Shown piece by piece: positions 53,021-64,000 of a stretch of 64,000 bases of DNA. Within the stretch, counting starts at the first letter, position 1; each line of letters starts with the position of its first letter. The notes beneath the pieces are model-generated. The model made no database searches and was not told the DNA's origin. It saw only the letters and a program-made list of their open reading frames with translations. Origin of the DNA: Strigamia acuminata (lineage: Eukaryota); NCBI GenBank assembly GCA_949358305.1, contig OX442314.1, positions 25,420,001-25,484,000 on the forward strand, read 5' to 3'. The position numbers and the translations under genes are program-made.

Positions 53021-54078
53021 TTTTTTAATTTTTGCTCTAGAACAAAAACCCATCAGATGTCATTTACACATCAAACCTCAAAATAAAAAAAATAAAAAAA
53101 TTACCCGTCAAAAACAAAAGCATATAAAACCACCTCCATCACCTGTCAATTATAATGATAAAATATTCTGACAGTCCCAACTTGAAAAAAAAAAAAAACT
53201 GAATTGATAATTAAAACTCGTCCACGACCCAACTTATCTTAATTGTTTTCGGCCATTTTTTCCCCAATTTTTTTCCCGGTCATTCATTCCCATCCAAATA
53301 AGTCATAACAAAATTAATAACAACAGTTCGGAATTCAATTTCACAAGGTAGCAACAACCACCGCTGTCACTTTTTCAGCACATAAATCTTCCATTTTTTC
53401 CTTCCCCATCTTCTATCATTGCCCTCACTAACAACTCATTAAGTGGACAGCTATACAGTTCATCAAAGACAAAAGTCAGGATTAGCCATTCATCTTTGTG
53501 TCAGCAAAAGTCTGCTTCATTAGTAAACCGTGGCTTTTAATCAAACTGACAACTCGTACTTGCAGCCATTGATATCAAAGTGACGACCAGTTTTTACTTT
53601 CCTTCAAAATGTTTCCATAGAGGCAGTTAAACAGGCATTTAGTCACACTTGTCATAATTCAATTGCAGAGTTGAATTGTGGAAAAATGCGGGTTTAGTGT
53701 GTAGGACTTTTGTTGAGGATGAAAGTCTTTATTTCTACTTCCTGCCTAGAGTGCTGGGTTGGGTGGTGTTGTTCATTTCGCTTGTATTATGTCGACAATG
53801 ATTCAGCAATTACGGCGGATGGAAATTTTCCAGTCGCTGAATGGACTACCTGTTACTATATTTGAATTTATTTCAATTTCTAATATAATACATCGTTAGA
53901 AAGTATACCAAAGAAGAAAAAAAGTGAAATACCCCCCCCCCCCCATCCCCCCAGACTGTTGTAAAATAAAGAAACACACTTGCAACGATGAAATTTCTTT
54001 CGAATGACAATTTGGTATTTATTTATTCCGTGGATCTACCAGTAAGCGCATTCGTAAAGACATTTAAATTTGTTTATA

Positions 54079-54251
54079 CAGTCTAAACTCTTTATAACGA
54101 ATCGCGATATAACAAATTATCGATATAACAAACACCTAAAAATGGCTGGTTTGGTTGGCTCCCATGTTAAAAAATTTCGATATAACGAATTCTCGTTATA
54201 ACGAATCGATTTTTCGGGTCCCTTGCGATTCGTTATAAAGAGTTTTGACTG
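54079..54251. mobile_element. 173-bp Tigger-like MITE nested in a GCATTC-type MITE (about 54046-54343)
   Basis: TA|CAGTCTAAACTCTTTATAACGAATCGC ... GCGATTCGTTATAAAGAGTTTTGACTG|TA (26/27). Confidence 0.9.
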
Positions 54252-55361
54252 TATTGTTTAAACTTTTAAAATTTAACATGTAAAAAATTTTACATTTAAA
54301 CTAGTCTAAAAAATATAAACAAGTTTAAATGACTATGAATGTGAAGTTAATTTAAAAATGCGGTTACACACGTTTAAATGTTGTGCGCATGTCCACTGTG
54401 ACCGAAAGCAGTCTAATTCGGCCACAATTGAAGTTAAATCGCAACTATCAGTTACAAAAACAACTTAAACATGCTGTATTGTCTAAATTACTTTATGAAT
54501 GAGCTTAGTTAGTTTAACCAATCATATTACAATTCAAGAATCACATAAACTGATTCCAGCAATCCCAATTTCAGCCTAAAAATCATAAATTTCCTCCTAA
54601 CACTCGCATTCCCCGCAAACTGCAATGCTGTGACGCCCCAGAGTTAAGCTCAGTGTACATATTAAACACTCCTCAACAACCCCATAGTCATAACCCCCAA
54701 TAATTCCCCAAACACCATTCGGGGTACAGTAATAGCACATGAAGAGATGACAAGAGGGTTTCTCCCCAGCTGTTGATTAATTGAATGAAAGAACCTTTCA
54801 ATTAACCCTCGTCTGTTGGCTGACCAGATGTGGTTGAGGGAGACACACTTGGACAGTGATGGCATCAGCACGTGCTACTCATACACGTGGCTCTTATAAA
54901 GCAAATCATGCATTGCATCAGTGGCGTGCTTAGCATGGCCACTGTCTATGCATGTTTCCTGCAAGGTGTCTCGCTTTATATTTGACATTCTGCCTCTGCG
55001 ACAATGGCCAAATCGCAGGAAGCCGTTTGGAATCGGTTGATGAACAAATGCGTGGAGGATATGTGGTAATAGATTTTCTATAGAGCTAAACAAAAGTGGG
55101 ATAATTAAAAACATTATGGGGATTCAATGATCCTGTGTTTATAGCTTGATACTTAATAACTCGTAATTATTGGGTAAACTGTATAAAGTAATTGATTTAG
55201 ATTTGACAGTGATAAAAAATGGATCCGAGCTTTGGTTCAATGATCTTGGGCAAAAAGATATTTTATAGTGCGCCAAATTCAAATAAAACGAGTAAGTACA
55301 TCCATGAAATCATTAATTTTACATTCAGACTGGTTTAAAAAATATAAACAAGTTTAAATGA

Positions 55362-55531
55362 CATTCGAACCTCGTTATAACGTATTTTTTGTTATAACGA
55401 ATATTTAAAAATGGCTTGGTTGGTTGGTTGGCCATAGAACACCTTTTTAAAAAAAATTTAAATAACAAAATTTCGTTAAAACGAACCAACTTCTCGGATC
55501 CCTTGCGATTCGTTATAACGAGGCTCGACTG
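55362..55531. mobile_element. Second, diverged copy of the 173-bp Tigger-like MITE
   Basis: Shares AAAATGGCT..GGTTGGTTGG and TCCCTTGCGATTCGTTATAA with 54079-54251, and ends CTCGACTG|TA. Confidence 0.82.
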
Positions 55532-56179
55532 TATATACCGGTATAAATATATTCGAGTAACAGAAATTCTAAATTATCTTCTACAATCTTTAATGTTGAC
55601 AACGAACACCATCTCACGCAATTCATAGAGGACATTTCCTGTACTTCTTCCTTCATTTCCCGCTATTGTTTAAATGGCGTTAGGCGAACGCTTGACCAAG
55701 TCAAGAGCGTTCGTGTGCTACCGGTGCTCACCAGGATGTAACTGTAGTCAACGGAAGCCAGGCCAACCCGATTTCCGGCCATTCCAAACCCTGCCCACTT
55801 TTCCTCGATCCAATATTGCCCTTAATGACAGAAAAATGTCAAATCTCTTATAACAAGCAAATATAATGAAAAGCAACCCTACATGCCAACCATTGGGTGG
55901 TCAGTGGTGATGGATATATGTACACAGTGCGGCAACATTGAAACCTGAAGTAGAAGTCTTATGGAAACGTATAACATACTCTGTATAACACTTCTCAGGG
56001 TTTATCAAACAACTTTTATTATAAACACATCAATAGTTTTAAAATTCAGCACCTTTGCTAATCCATGAAACAATACAAACGTACGATTAGCCGAAAAGTA
56101 AAGTTCAATTTTTTTTTTTTTTTATTTTACTCGATTTTACTGAAATTTTTAGTTTATTTTAGTCGCTTTTATCGATTTT

Positions 56180-56379
56180 TTGATTCCATATACAATACAC
56201 GAAAAGTTTGGGCGGCAAAGTTATTGAACTTCATTGCGCCCCAGCAGTGAGGCGCACCCCACAGTTTGAGAAACGCTGCAGTATACTACATGGATTAACA
56301 TAAGGACCAATAATGCGAACAAATTGGTTGTACAAACACCCATGTCCCTCGATTGGTACGAATAATCAATGCTCTACTG
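56180..56379. mobile_element. Fragments: hAT-Charlie right end (to 56278) within a Tigger-like remnant (to 56379)
   Basis: GCGCCCCAGCAGTGAGGCGCACCCCACAGTTTGAGAAACGCTG resembles 7020-7061. CATGTCCC...GCTCTACTG|TA resembles 41521-41559. Confidence 0.65.
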
Positions 56380-56569
56380 TATATAACCCTTTCATTATGC
56401 AACTAATTGGGTTTGAGAAATCATCACACAAAGCGAATTCTAGAGTTTCATTCATAAATGAATAATTAGCCTACTGTTAAAATGACGAAAATATTACATT
56501 GAAACTGTAATTTCGTTCGATAAATGCTTTCATTGAACCAGGTTATCCTTAACAACGAAAGGGTTTTAA

Positions 56570-56895
56570 CTGAATCAATACCTAAATTGAACAAAACAAC
56601 TAAAATAAATGTCTACTTTGAACAAAACAACTAAAATAAATGTCAAAATTGAACAAAACGGCTAAAATAAATGTCTAAATTGAACAAAACGACTAAAATA
56701 AATGTCTAAATTGAACAAAACGACTAAAATAAATGTTTAATTTGAACAAAACGGCTAAAATAACTTTCTAAATTGAACAAAACGGCTAAAATAACTTTCT
56801 CAATTGAACAAAACGTCTAAAATAACTTTCTAAATTGAACAAAACGTCTAAAATAAATGTTTAAATTGACTGAATTGATTGAATTCAATATCTAA
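56570..56895. repeat. 31-bp minisatellite, 9-10 copies, reverse complement of the 23478-23725 array
   Basis: Unit AAATTGAACAAAACGACTAAAATAAATGTCT. The flanking GAATTCAATATCTAA is also shared. Confidence 0.93.
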
Positions 56896-57925
56896 GGTAT
56901 ATTTTTACAGTATTAATTTCTATTATATTCCAACATACCGTAAACAAACATTTTTATTATATCTTATAATCCAATCTGAAGCGTACAAAACAAATCACAT
57001 TTTAACAGCATTAAAGAACAAGTTAATTAAATCCATTATTCCTATTGTAATCTCGCACACTGCTTTGTACTACGTAGCATTTAAACGCGCATCCGCCAGG
57101 AAATACTTACACCGCGCCACTCGCTTCCCGAATGCAGTTCGTGATTAAACAACATTAAGTTCATTCATATGCTGGATCTCAACCCCTTGCCTTTTTTTCA
57201 CCATCCACAACTTCCTGAAATGCTTTCGTTGTGTGACGCGTGTGTGCAACTTCTGAATGGCACCCCGACAGAGAGGGGGCAAGACCCTGCGGTGCGGGGG
57301 CGGATTTCATTCAACTAGAAGTGCACCCTGCAAACATCCGTGATACGTCCATAATAGACTGGAGGCAGGTAACGGAAGCTTTTATTGAAACTCCAGTTCC
57401 CCGTTTTTAAATGGTCACGAGCTGTTAACTGTGGTAACTAGTACCTTGCGGTTTGCATGTTTATTCAGCTGTGGTAACAGCTCGACTGCCTTCACAAAAA
57501 TTGTCAAGACAGGTTTTAGTTAAGGTCGGTTAGGCATCTAACTTTCGTCTAACAGTCTGGGTTGAGTGTTTGTAGTCATTAGTCATTAGTTACACTACGT
57601 ATTCTTGTCACGAGGGTGATCGCAGCATTGTTAATGTAAAGGAATCGAGAGTTTTTGTAGTAATTATGCAATTATAAACCGATACCAATATTGTCCTTCT
57701 AAATAGTGGCCAACATCAATACCAATAGCTACTTTTGTCAAATTCATTTTTTTCAATTCATCACTTTCAAATTTTAATTTATTATTTGTCAATATCAAAA
57801 TTCTCTGACACAGAGTTGCAGCATCACTCTGGTGTAAATAACTGTTGCGTATTAACCATCTGGGGAGCATGATGCTATTCCTTCACATTGATTCCAACCA
57901 ATAGTGGCATAGCTCCGTACAGTCA

Positions 57926-58105
57926 CGTATTCTGCTTTTCATTTTGCGCGTCGTTTTTATCTGTTGTTTCAGACATTTTCGATTCAAAATTTTTCACAAT
58001 TTTCATTCGTTTTTCAATCGTATTTATGAAGAATTTTATTGATGCATAACCAAAGAACTGGATTAAGATTGGATTTTGAATTGATGGTTTGATTTTAGTT
58101 AATAT
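57926..58105 (+). repeat. Dispersed repeat, copy 2
   Basis: Direct repeat of 50786-50960. Confidence 0.85.
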
Positions 58106-59874
58106 TGTGTAAAATCGAAATGATTTAATGTATTTGGGTGTGTTTTCGTTTATTTTATTTTGACTAAGTGTTTTATTTCAATCGTGTGTTTTTTAGATTG
58201 AGTTTTGTCATTTGTTTCATTTTATATTGCTCAAAGGCCGTTTTTTTAAGTGCCCTCTTGTATGCATATTGTGAGCCACCAAGGTCCCTGCTGACCGGAA
58301 GTGGACCCCGATTAGGTGTAGAATTTCATGTAAATCCGCCTGTTTAAACCCCAAAGAAGTAAAATTGTTATGTTATTTCAACCATCGCCTTTTCACTTGC
58401 AACATACCCATCGTTGCAACAGATGTCACTTTTAGCATTTATACGTAAAAGTTATAAGTTACAAAATAGAGCAATCGCAAAATGTCTATTACAAATCGCT
58501 GCAATGCCGGCTTTATTTTCCACTCGCATATATTGGCTTGTGGTAATATTTTTTCATCAGTTCATCTTACTATATTTTTTCCACTATATTTACAGGTATA
58601 ACGTGGCTTTTCAAAACATTTAAACCGATACCTTAATAGCTTTTTCCATGCAATTTAATCTTCGGGTCACACAACCCCTCCCCCATTAATCAATTTACAT
58701 GCCCCACATTTCTATTACTTACTTTTATTTGTATTTAACCAAAATCTAATTTAATCCCAAGCCAATAACTCACTCCATTTTCAAAGACCCTAAACCAAAG
58801 GGCACACCAAGTTAATTAAATCCAATTGAAAAACCATCAAAAGCAATAAAGACCACCCAAGCCCACAATAAAACATCACACCCAACAATCTCCACTGTTA
58901 CAAAACCAATAAATTCCATTATCGAAAATTCCGCCATCAATTCCCTTACAAAATCGGCACAAAAACCGCAGTAAAACTGCGAAAAATACACAAGCCGGTG
59001 AATAGCCCAATGTTAAAAATAAAAAGCAACTTGTAATTTACACACTCAAGTGTGTGCAGGTCAAAGGCGAGCATAGAAAATGAGTTTCCCCGCTGAGTTA
59101 GTGTTACCCTTTTTCCACCTCCTCCCATTGAGAAAAGCTTTCTATTAAGACAGCGGCAAAGGATGGCATGCAACACCTTCAAACGCCTAATGATGACTGA
59201 TGGTACGCCATTTGCAAAGCCCCGTAACACCTCTCTTGACCAATTTCCCGATGATGGATTTCAGTTGGACTCGTGCAAGCGGAAAAGTTTGTGCACGTCT
59301 CCTGATGAACCTCATTCACACTCTGCCCCATTGATTTACAGCCCCAAACCGGGCACGAAACCCATTAAGATGGCGGCCAGTTCAAATATTTAGTGCTGCG
59401 CGCCAACAGATTTTTCGTCAATAAAAACGAGGTCAGGGCTTGAAAAATGGCTGAATACAAAAGCGAGTTTATTCAACAAAATGAGATATTATTTTTGGGC
59501 CATTCATTACCGGCCCTACGGTCAATAGGTAAATGAAGTTGGGAAGCGTAGATTAAGCCGAGGTGGCGGTCTACCGCTCACCCCTCGTAGCGACAAGGGC
59601 GCTACATCTACCGTTGCTAATTGGCCAGAATGGCTGGCAACCGAGTGCTCAAGGCAGCTACTAGGTGCAAGAGAAAAGCACGATTCATTACGACTTGTAG
59701 TTGGGGGCCTGTCAAAAGTCTACTGCACGTGCATCAAGTCGTGCGTACATTCCACAGCACATAAATCCAGTGTCAATTAATACACACTTTTTTATTGCTT
59801 GGAACAGTGACACTACAAAAAATTAATTAGTTTACGAAAGTGTCATTTTTTTTCGACAAAACTGACTGATTTGG

Positions 59875-60530
59875 TAAAAATTGCCGTTTTTTAAGGTAAA
59901 ACTTGTGAATTTTTAAGGTAAAAATTGTCATTTTTGGGGGTAAAAATTGTAATTTTTTGGGGGTAAATATTGTCATTTTTTGGGGGTAAACATTGTCATT
60001 TTTTGGGGGTAGAAATTGTCATTTTTTGGGGGTAAAAATTGTCATTCTTTGGGGGTAAAAATTGTCATTTTTTAAGGGTAAAAATTGTCATTTTTGGGAA
60101 GTTAAAATTATCATTTTTTGGGAAGTAAAAATAATCATTTTTTTGGGTGAAAATTATCATTTTTTGGAGTAAAAATCGTCATTTTTCTGGCAAAAAAAAT
60201 ATAGTTTTGGTCATTTTTGTCATTTTTTTACGTAAAAATTGTCAATTGTTGGGGTAAAAATTGTCAATTGTTGGAGTAAAAATTGTCAATTGTTGGAGTA
60301 AAAATTGTCATCTTTGTCATTTGTTACGTAAAAATTGTTATTTTTGTCATTTTTTACCGAAAAATTGTAATTTTTGTCATTTTTTACCTAAAAATTGTCA
60401 TTTGGTCATTTTTTACCTAAGAATTGTCATTGTTAGGTAAAAATTGTCATTTTTGTCATTTTTTACCTAAAATTTATCATTGTTGGGGTAAAAATTGTAA
60501 TTTTTGTCATTTTATGGTAAAAAAGTCATT
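59875..60530. repeat. Degenerate minisatellite with 22-23-bp units changing to about 30-bp units
   Basis: Core GTAAAAATTGTCATTTTT(T)GGGG. The later units gain an extra TTTGTCAT. Confidence 0.9.
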
Positions 60531-63500
60531 TCTTTATTCGTGGGTAAAAAAATTCCATTTTTTTTAAAAAAATTGTCATTTATTTGTTAAGAATTCTCAT
60601 TTCATGGTAAAATATCTTTGAAAAAATTTTTAGAAAAAAACTCGAAACATAGTCACCCACTCTTAACCACACTCCGTCACGCATGCGTGTAAATTAACTT
60701 CCAACCATATCCCCCTCACCCTCACTGCTTGGTTTTACCAACTAACTTACCAATCTCCACCAAACTATACATTCCCTTTAAAAACTTCAAACATTCAAAA
60801 ATAACTATCAAAATCTCACATCCAAACCCGCCATTCCATCCTAAACAATCTCCACCATCAACCCATTAAACTAGTATTAGAACCTGAAAAAAAAAATCAT
60901 ATTTCAAACTTCCTGTATGTTCAGGTAGTCCCTAAACAAATCCCTTTTAAATACCCCTGTATTTATTTATTTAAAAAAAAAAAAAAAAAAAAAAAAACTT
61001 CCTGTCACAAATTTCATCAACAACCCCTCATAAGCAAGGCGCAAGCATGCATAATAAAAGAGTTAATGCCAAACAAGATCCCCACTGCTGTCCCATGTCC
61101 TATACAGAGATTGCATTCTCTTCTGTGCCTTAATCCTAGTGAAGGACCCGCATCCAAGACCCTGGACCCCTTCTCTAAATCAGTCTGTTTGCATAGCCCC
61201 AAGTCTACAGCCTGCACTACACACTTCTCCCCAGTTATTTACAGCACGGGTGCTGCGACCTCGAAGCTCCGACTCGCTTGGCCGAGTGCACAGAAGGGAA
61301 ACAGGGAGGAAGGGATGTGTGGGGAAAGTCTTTTCAGAGCACCCAAGGAAAAAGGAAGCATAAGAAGAAAAAAAATGAAGACGACCCTGTTGCTGCTACT
61401 GCTCAGAGGCAAGAAACTACTGAACTTGTGCAGCCAAACCCCCTTTTGGCTTGTCAGTAGGGATGCTAACTTATCACCAACCCATTTTACAAATGTTAAA
61501 CACGCAGCGCAAATTCAATTACATTCTCAACCTAAAGCATACTACTCATAAGCTTTCAGAGTCTAAATATTTTTACAGTCTTAATTTTTCAACAGCACCA
61601 TTTCAAACAATGTTTTACCCTTTAAATTTTTATTGAATTATGGCTTTTTTTGTTAGAATTGAATGTTTGTTTGTATTTTGTAACGCCAGGTGAAAACGCC
61701 TCACCTGGTATTTGTATCGTCTGATTGACCAATTAGGATCAAGCGCATTGTTTTAGTGCTTAACTTTTGTAATAAAAATTATAATTAATTTGTAAACCTA
61801 ACCACGTGTCGTATCTTTTGTATTCCCGACCTATCGTGCAAGAAACCACAATTTTATTTGTGGTCCATCAGCTACCAATAATGCTCCGGCTTTGTTCGTA
61901 CCAAACGAACCTTAACCAAGATTAACCTACATTAAGTCGGGATGATTTTCACTACATAATGCGTTCGCACCATGAATTTAAAAACCACATATCCAGCCTA
62001 GTGCACGGACTTATCGAAGAATACTGTGCTAACTTCGCAGTTAAATAATTCGTACAACTGGCTTTACGCTATCTGGTTTTAACGTTTTTAAACTAGATAA
62101 TTTTGGGCTACATGCGTTCACACCAATATTCGAACAAGGTACTACCCTTGGCCAAAAGTATTAGACCACACCAGCAAATCAACACAAAATTATAACGTAA
62201 GTTAATAGTGCCGCGTCTTTTATTTAACCGTAGTTTCCTTTGAATGATAATTTAAAGACTGTAAGTGGAGTTTACTAAATGACCACTTGAACGGTTTAAT
62301 AGACCCGTTGACAATGTGATAAAAATTGTAAACGACGCTTATATTTCAATGTGGAATTACCATGTGAGTGCGAGCTTCTCCCATAAACCGTCGCATAAAA
62401 ACTAAGCACCAGATTTACAGTTCCTGTCCCAGTTTTGTTGAGCCCACAATATTCAGATTATAACTGCTGCTTATAAGCAATAGGGAGAGCAAGTATGCAT
62501 ATCCCTTAAGGTCCTGTGTATTAAAAGATGGAAGAAAAAGCTGCCTGAGACGAGGGGCTTGCAACATAACCAAGATATATATTTCATGGGCAAGGCATAT
62601 ATACACAGGAATTAAACTTGCTCAACAGGGCTCAAAACTTCTCACTTCCCATGTGGGGTTGGCAAGACCCCCGACTGACAATTGGCCCAACCTCGGTTCC
62701 TAACCCCAAAAAGTGGTTTTTAGGCGCGAGCAGACCAGGGACAAGCACCAGAAACGCAACCGGTATGCGTGGAGGCCGTATACTCCAATAAAGCCCTCTT
62801 TCCGGTTGCCAGTCTGCCAATAACCAGCATCCAGCAGTTTCACTTCTGTCCTCGTTTAAGATTTGCAACCTTTCAACATTGCTGCCTTACCAGGCAGGTT
62901 TATTTCCGGTGGCCGAGACCTTCATGCCCTTGAATGAAAAAGCTGCCCAGCTATGCGGATATATATTCTTCGCTATTCATGACAATGTATTGGCACTTTT
63001 TTTCATTTTTCGTCTACTTTTTCACAACATTTTCTAACTTCATAAATCCCCAACTAGAAAGGATGTTGTTTACACAGTTTTACAAACTAATTAAACTTAA
63101 TAATTCAAAGTGTCTCAAACTCACTTCCGATCGCAACCCTGAGAAAATCCTTCTTCAAAGTGGTTTGTACACACCCCGGAAATCACCCATTGCATTTTTT
63201 TATGTGCGCGTAGGCACAAGTGCTCATTAGTTATAAGTGTATTTTAATCGCTTAAACAAAAAACACTTTCAGTTTAATATAGAAAGTTTAAACGACACAA
63301 TACGCGATGTTAGTTTCATCCCAAAGACCTTTCGATCGTTTACCGTTAACTGAAAACACCTAGTTTCTACTCGAGGGCACGATGAAGCAAAATTATGATT
63401 ATACTAAGCAAATAAATGTTGCTAACTTATTTTTATTTATCCAATTTCATTTCACCATATTACTGGAATTTCATTGATTCTATCGTTAATTACTTAATCA

Positions 63501-64000
63501 ACTGGTAATCGACCATTCAAATCATTTCAATTTTTTTGCCACATTAATTGTAACGTCAATTTCACAAACATGTAATCATGAGAAATTAGTGCTTGCCCCA
63601 ACTGCGATTTTGAGAACGTCTACCATTCAACATGTTTCAATTAAAAATTAGTTCTTGCTAATAATTCTAAGCTGGGGCTTAATAAACATCCAAGAATTAC
63701 GACTCTTGCATTGCCACAAATTTTCCCTTTCCACATTCCTAACCAACCCAAAACCATCACTAATAATTACCAAATAAACAGACAATTTAATTTATGTTTC
63801 AATCACAATTAACCCCAAATAAAAATAAACAAAAAACACAACAAAAAAAATTTAATTTAAAAAAACAAAAAACAAAAAATTATTATTTCTTCTGCGAAAA
63901 CAATTTATTTCCCCAATTCCCACTAATTATAAACCCAGTCCCCACACAAGACCACAGTTAACTACGACATCTCATGGACCGACCCATCTAGATAACAATC

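Noticed and set aside
35050..62200. Isolated Tc1-like starts (about 35052 CAACCCCTGACAAA, about 44748 CAACTCCTTGCCAAAA, about 62143 CTACCCTTGGCCAAAAGTATTAG)
   Set aside because: They look like left termini, but I found no matching right termini or transposase, so element boundaries cannot be supported.
1..64000. A novel multi-gene system, rRNA, tRNA or miRNA gene
   Set aside because: There is only one credible CDS. I recognised no tRNA or rRNA signature and no known mature miRNA. The long hairpins have MITE-like ends or dispersed copies.

Overview
This is AT-rich eukaryotic (invertebrate, probably non-insect arthropod by inference) genomic DNA. I can support only one intact protein-coding gene: a single-coding-exon achaete-scute family proneural bHLH gene (ASH/ASCL1-like, 27805-28461, +). 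It sits in a gene desert of at least 27 kb upstream and 35 kb downstream. The flanks alternate between (i) GC-richer unique islands with dense Hairy/E(spl) class C, proneural E-box and Su(H) motifs, and (ii) many short non-autonomous DNA transposons (hAT, pogo/Tigger, PIF/Harbinger-like, Tc1-like), several nested and several carrying internal 15-34 bp tandem arrays. The most notable observations are a predicted intron starting just after the stop codon that would contain a neural-enhancer-like motif cluster, a 10-mer (CAGCCACGCG) repeated around the gene, and a recurring C/A-to-G/T strand-skew switch across the unique islands. I found no rRNA, tRNA, CRISPR array, intact transposase or novel multi-gene system. 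All motif and repeat calls were made by eye; no database search was run.
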